Positions 61,640-64,000 of a DNA stretch of 64,000 nt are shown one piece after another. Within the stretch, counting starts at the first letter, position 1, and every line of letters starts with the position of its first letter. Made by a program: the position numbers and the translations under genes. Where the stretch lies: assembly GCA_963828465.1 (NCBI GenBank), contig CAWHEU010000022.1, forward strand, positions 32,001 through 96,000, written 5' to 3'. The notes under the pieces are model-generated. The model had not been told where the DNA came from and made no database searches. It worked only from the letters and a program-made list of their open reading frames with translations. Origin of the DNA: an uncultured Acidobacteriota bacterium (lineage in GTDB: Bacteria; Actinomycetota; Acidimicrobiia; Spongiisociales; ZC4RG35).

Positions 61640-62934
61640 ACGATGTCGATCTTGAGGAATGTCCCCAAGGGGAAATTGGGGAGGTCGAGTAACCCGGTGA
61701 CCCGGCTGCTCGACTCGATCAGACACGAGGTGTGGCCCGTGGGCAGATAGAGGGATGTATTCACAGGAACCGATACCGTGCCGAGCGGAAGATCACCGGC
61801 TGCATTGGTTCGCGGATCCCTCTTGCACCAGGGCATGACCCTTTTACCGGCGTTGGTGTGGTCGTCGTAGCTGAGGGTGCGGTGTTGATCACTTCCCCCG
61901 GGGACGTTGGGTGGGCTGTCGAACTCCCAGGTGATCACCTCGAGGAACTGAGCCACTGATGCTCCACCGACCGGCTCGGTGATGAAATCGATGAAGAGCT
62001 CGTTGCTATCGGTGCCCGACTCGAAATTGAACAACAGACCGTCTGTGGGGCCTTTGCATCCGCCATTGGTGTCGAATCCGCGGGTGATGTTGAGTGTCGC
62101 GTCTTCACCACTTTGCGTTTCGTCCTCGCCGCAGTCGATTTCGCCATCGAAGGCGTCGACCACGCGGAAGTAGGTGTCGTCGAGGCCGCCCTTAGGCCCG
62201 GGAGGTGAGCCGTTGAAGCCGCCTTCGAGAGAAACGACGCCTTTTGCCGGCGGGACATTGGCACTCGGCTTGATGACGATCGTGTCGAAGACACCAGCAA
62301 TCTTGAACTCCTGCCAGTGTCCTGGGGGCGGATCATCAAGCGGGTCAAGCCAGAGGACCACTCGCTCGTTGTCGCTGGCGCCCGAGTCAGGCCCACAGTC
62401 GGAGGCGCCGCTGCATGGCACATTGATGGGATTGCCCACCGGTTGGCCGGAACGGAACAGCTGGAGGGTCGCTTCCCCGTTGAACTTGAAGCCGAGATCG
62501 ATCTCGGCGTAGTTCACTGCCCGGCCGTTCAATGCCCCGGTCAGGCTGAGCGTCAGGACCTGCCCAAGGTCCTTGTTGATCCGGGCGCAGGGTTCTCCGG
62601 CGCCCTCACCATTGGTCTGGCCGACACCGATTCGATGATTAAACAGGCCGGGGAACGGATTCCTGTTGGCTTGTGTGCCTGACGCGGCGAAGCTGACCAG
62701 GGAGGCGCCGGTGGATGTTAATTTGCAGCTGGGTGCGGTCAGCGTCTGGGTCTGATCCAATCCGGGCGCGGTGGGGTCGAAGACCAATCTGTCGCCGTCG
62801 GAGTCGAGATGGAGGCGCAGGACGCCAACCTCGGTTGTGATCGGACCATCTCCGAAGGCGGGCACCATGAGCAGCGAAACCGCCGCCACAACTCCCGCCG
62901 CACCAGCCAGCCACCAGCGTCGACGCCGTTTCAT
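61606..62934 (-). CDS. secreted hypothetical protein
   Basis: MKRRRRWWLAGAAGVVAAVSLLMVPAFG signal after GGGAGG. Beta/Gly-rich body with 8 Cys. Confidence 0.8.
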   Translation of the reverse strand: MKRRRRWWLAGAAGVVAAVSLLMVPAFGDGPITTEVGVLRLHLDSDGDRLVFDPTAPGLDQTQTLTAPSCKLTSTGASLVSFAASGTQANRNPFPGLFNHRIGVGQTNGEGAGEPCARINKDLGQVLTLSLTGALNGRAVNYAEIDLGFKFNGEATLQLFRSGQPVGNPINVPCSGASDCGPDSGASDNERVVLWLDPLDDPPPGHWQEFKIAGVFDTIVIKPSANVPPAKGVVSLEGGFNGSPPGPKGGLDDTYFRVVDAFDGEIDCGEDETQSGEDATLNITRGFDTNGGCKGPTDGLLFNFESGTDSNELFIDFITEPVGGASVAQFLEVITWEFDSPPNVPGGSDQHRTLSYDDHTNAGKRVMPWCKRDPRTNAAGDLPLGTVSVPVNTSLYLPTGHTSCLIESSSRVTGLLDLPNFPLGTFLKIDIVYNVGDGKRWT

Positions 62935-63065
62935 CTTGCCTCCCATTTGCTCATGCGTGCATTGAGGGCGAGTGCGCATGACAGCCCCTGCCCCTGAGCC
63001 TCCGCCCGTTCGCAAGACCTTACCCACCGACACGCGCTTGCGTGCAAGTTCGATGGCGAGGCGCG

Positions 63066-63776
63066 ATGATGAATGACATGACAGGAGCCGAGAGCCCTGC
63101 CGAGGCCGCCGACCTCTACATCCTCCCTCTAGACCAGTTCACCGCAGCTCGAGATGCGCTGGCAGAACGACTCAAAGCAGAGGGTGATCCCGATGAGGCG
63201 AAGCGGGTAGCCAAGCTGCGCAAGCCCTCAGTGGCGGCCTGGGCTCTGAACCGGGCGGCAAGGAGCCATCCCGAACTGGTCAGCCGGCTTGTCGACGGTC
63301 ACAAGATGTTGCGGCAGGCGGGATCGAGACAGGCGGTCGAGGAGGCCTCGGTGACGCGCCGGCAGGCGGTCGCGGCTCTGACTGATGCCGCCATGAACGA
63401 GCTGGACAATGGATCACTCCAGACGCGGGACCGCGTCAATCGGACGTTGCTGGCAGTCGCCACCGATGCCGAAGGTGAGGCCGATCTCGTCACAGGCACC
63501 CTGGTCCGGGAGCTGGAGCCGTCCGGGGGCGGTTGGGGTGAGATGGAGCTGCCGCCTGTGCCGGAGCCAGATCCCGCCGAACAAGATGCTCGGGTAGCAG
63601 AGGAAGCACGTGAGCGCGCCCGTGCGCTCGAGATCGAAGCCGCCGACGCCGAATCACAGGTCGAGACCGCCAAGCAGGCCCTCGCCGAGGCGAGACGTCG
63701 AGCCAAACAGGCTCGGTCGGCTGCCGACAAAGCAGCGGGTGAGGCCCGGCAGGCGGAGAAGAAAACGGCGAGCTGA
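63066..63776 (+). CDS. helical/coiled-coil hypothetical protein
   Basis: LYILPLDQFTAARDALA...KLRKPSVAAWALN, followed by an Ala/Glu-rich coiled coil. Confidence 0.8.
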   Translation: MMNDMTGAESPAEAADLYILPLDQFTAARDALAERLKAEGDPDEAKRVAKLRKPSVAAWALNRAARSHPELVSRLVDGHKMLRQAGSRQAVEEASVTRRQAVAALTDAAMNELDNGSLQTRDRVNRTLLAVATDAEGEADLVTGTLVRELEPSGGGWGEMELPPVPEPDPAEQDARVAEEARERARALEIEAADAESQVETAKQALAEARRRAKQARSAADKAAGEARQAEKKTAS

Positions 63777-63832
63777 GGCCTGGGGGTGTTCCCCGGTTGA
63801 CATTTCGGCCGGCGGTCGATACTCACATCCGG

Positions 63833-64000
63833 GTGGGACGCGTCTCCAATGAGAAGGACCTCGAGTTGGCACTCGAGGTGGTCACCGAGGGCCGTAGAGG
63901 GCTCCGCCGACTCGGGGGTGATTTCTCGCTTGAAACGGCGGGCGCCGGTGTGGCCGAGGAGGCCGAAACGGTCCGTACCCGGTCGCGTGACTGGGTGCAT
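63833..64000 (+). CDS. 3'-truncated hypothetical protein
   Basis: GTG-initiated frame open to the window edge (MGRVSNEKDLELALEVVTEGRRGLRRLGGDFSLETAGAG...) with GC-rich third positions. Not in the ORF track. Confidence 0.55.
   Translation, partial: MGRVSNEKDLELALEVVTEGRRGLRRLGGDFSLETAGAGVAEEAETVRTRSRDWVH

Noticed and set aside
63066-63776. Possible transposase
   Set aside because: No DDE/HUH motifs or inverted repeats; it is a helical protein of unknown function.
63797-63825. sigma70-type promoter TTGACA...GATACT
   Set aside because: The spacer is only 15 nt and the -10 match is weak, so it cannot be supported without TSS data.

Overview
High-GC window, most consistent with an actinobacterium. 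The many class III cyclase-STAND genes, a conservon, LigD and paired LtrA genes suggest Acidimicrobiia (inference). It holds about 50 CDSs. I found no rRNA, tRNA, CRISPR array, integrase or transposase. About ten otherwise intact genes carry single frame breaks, most simply explained as long-read indel errors. Three loci stand out. (1) 1-4821 is a tightly packed operon: alpha/beta-hydrolase, TPR/DUF4071-like plus Glu-specific-type trypsin protease, M15 peptidoglycan hydrolase with an acidic N-terminal segment, membrane TIR protein and SLOG protein. It looks like a protease-activated conflict/defence module. (2) 47586-50580 is a gene pair in which a secreted, repetitive, C-terminally anchored ORF ending ...LELPG-stop is followed at once by a hairpin that sequesters the Shine-Dalgarno of a secreted N/Q/T-rich curli-like repeat protein. 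This resembles a SecM/MifM-type translational switch. (3) 50898-56108 is a cvnABCD conservon extended by a His-less PAS pseudokinase and a stand-alone degenerate copy of the CvnA C-terminal half. The rest is metabolic, transport and signalling genes, including seven nucleotide-cyclase genes and two cNMP-domain transporters.
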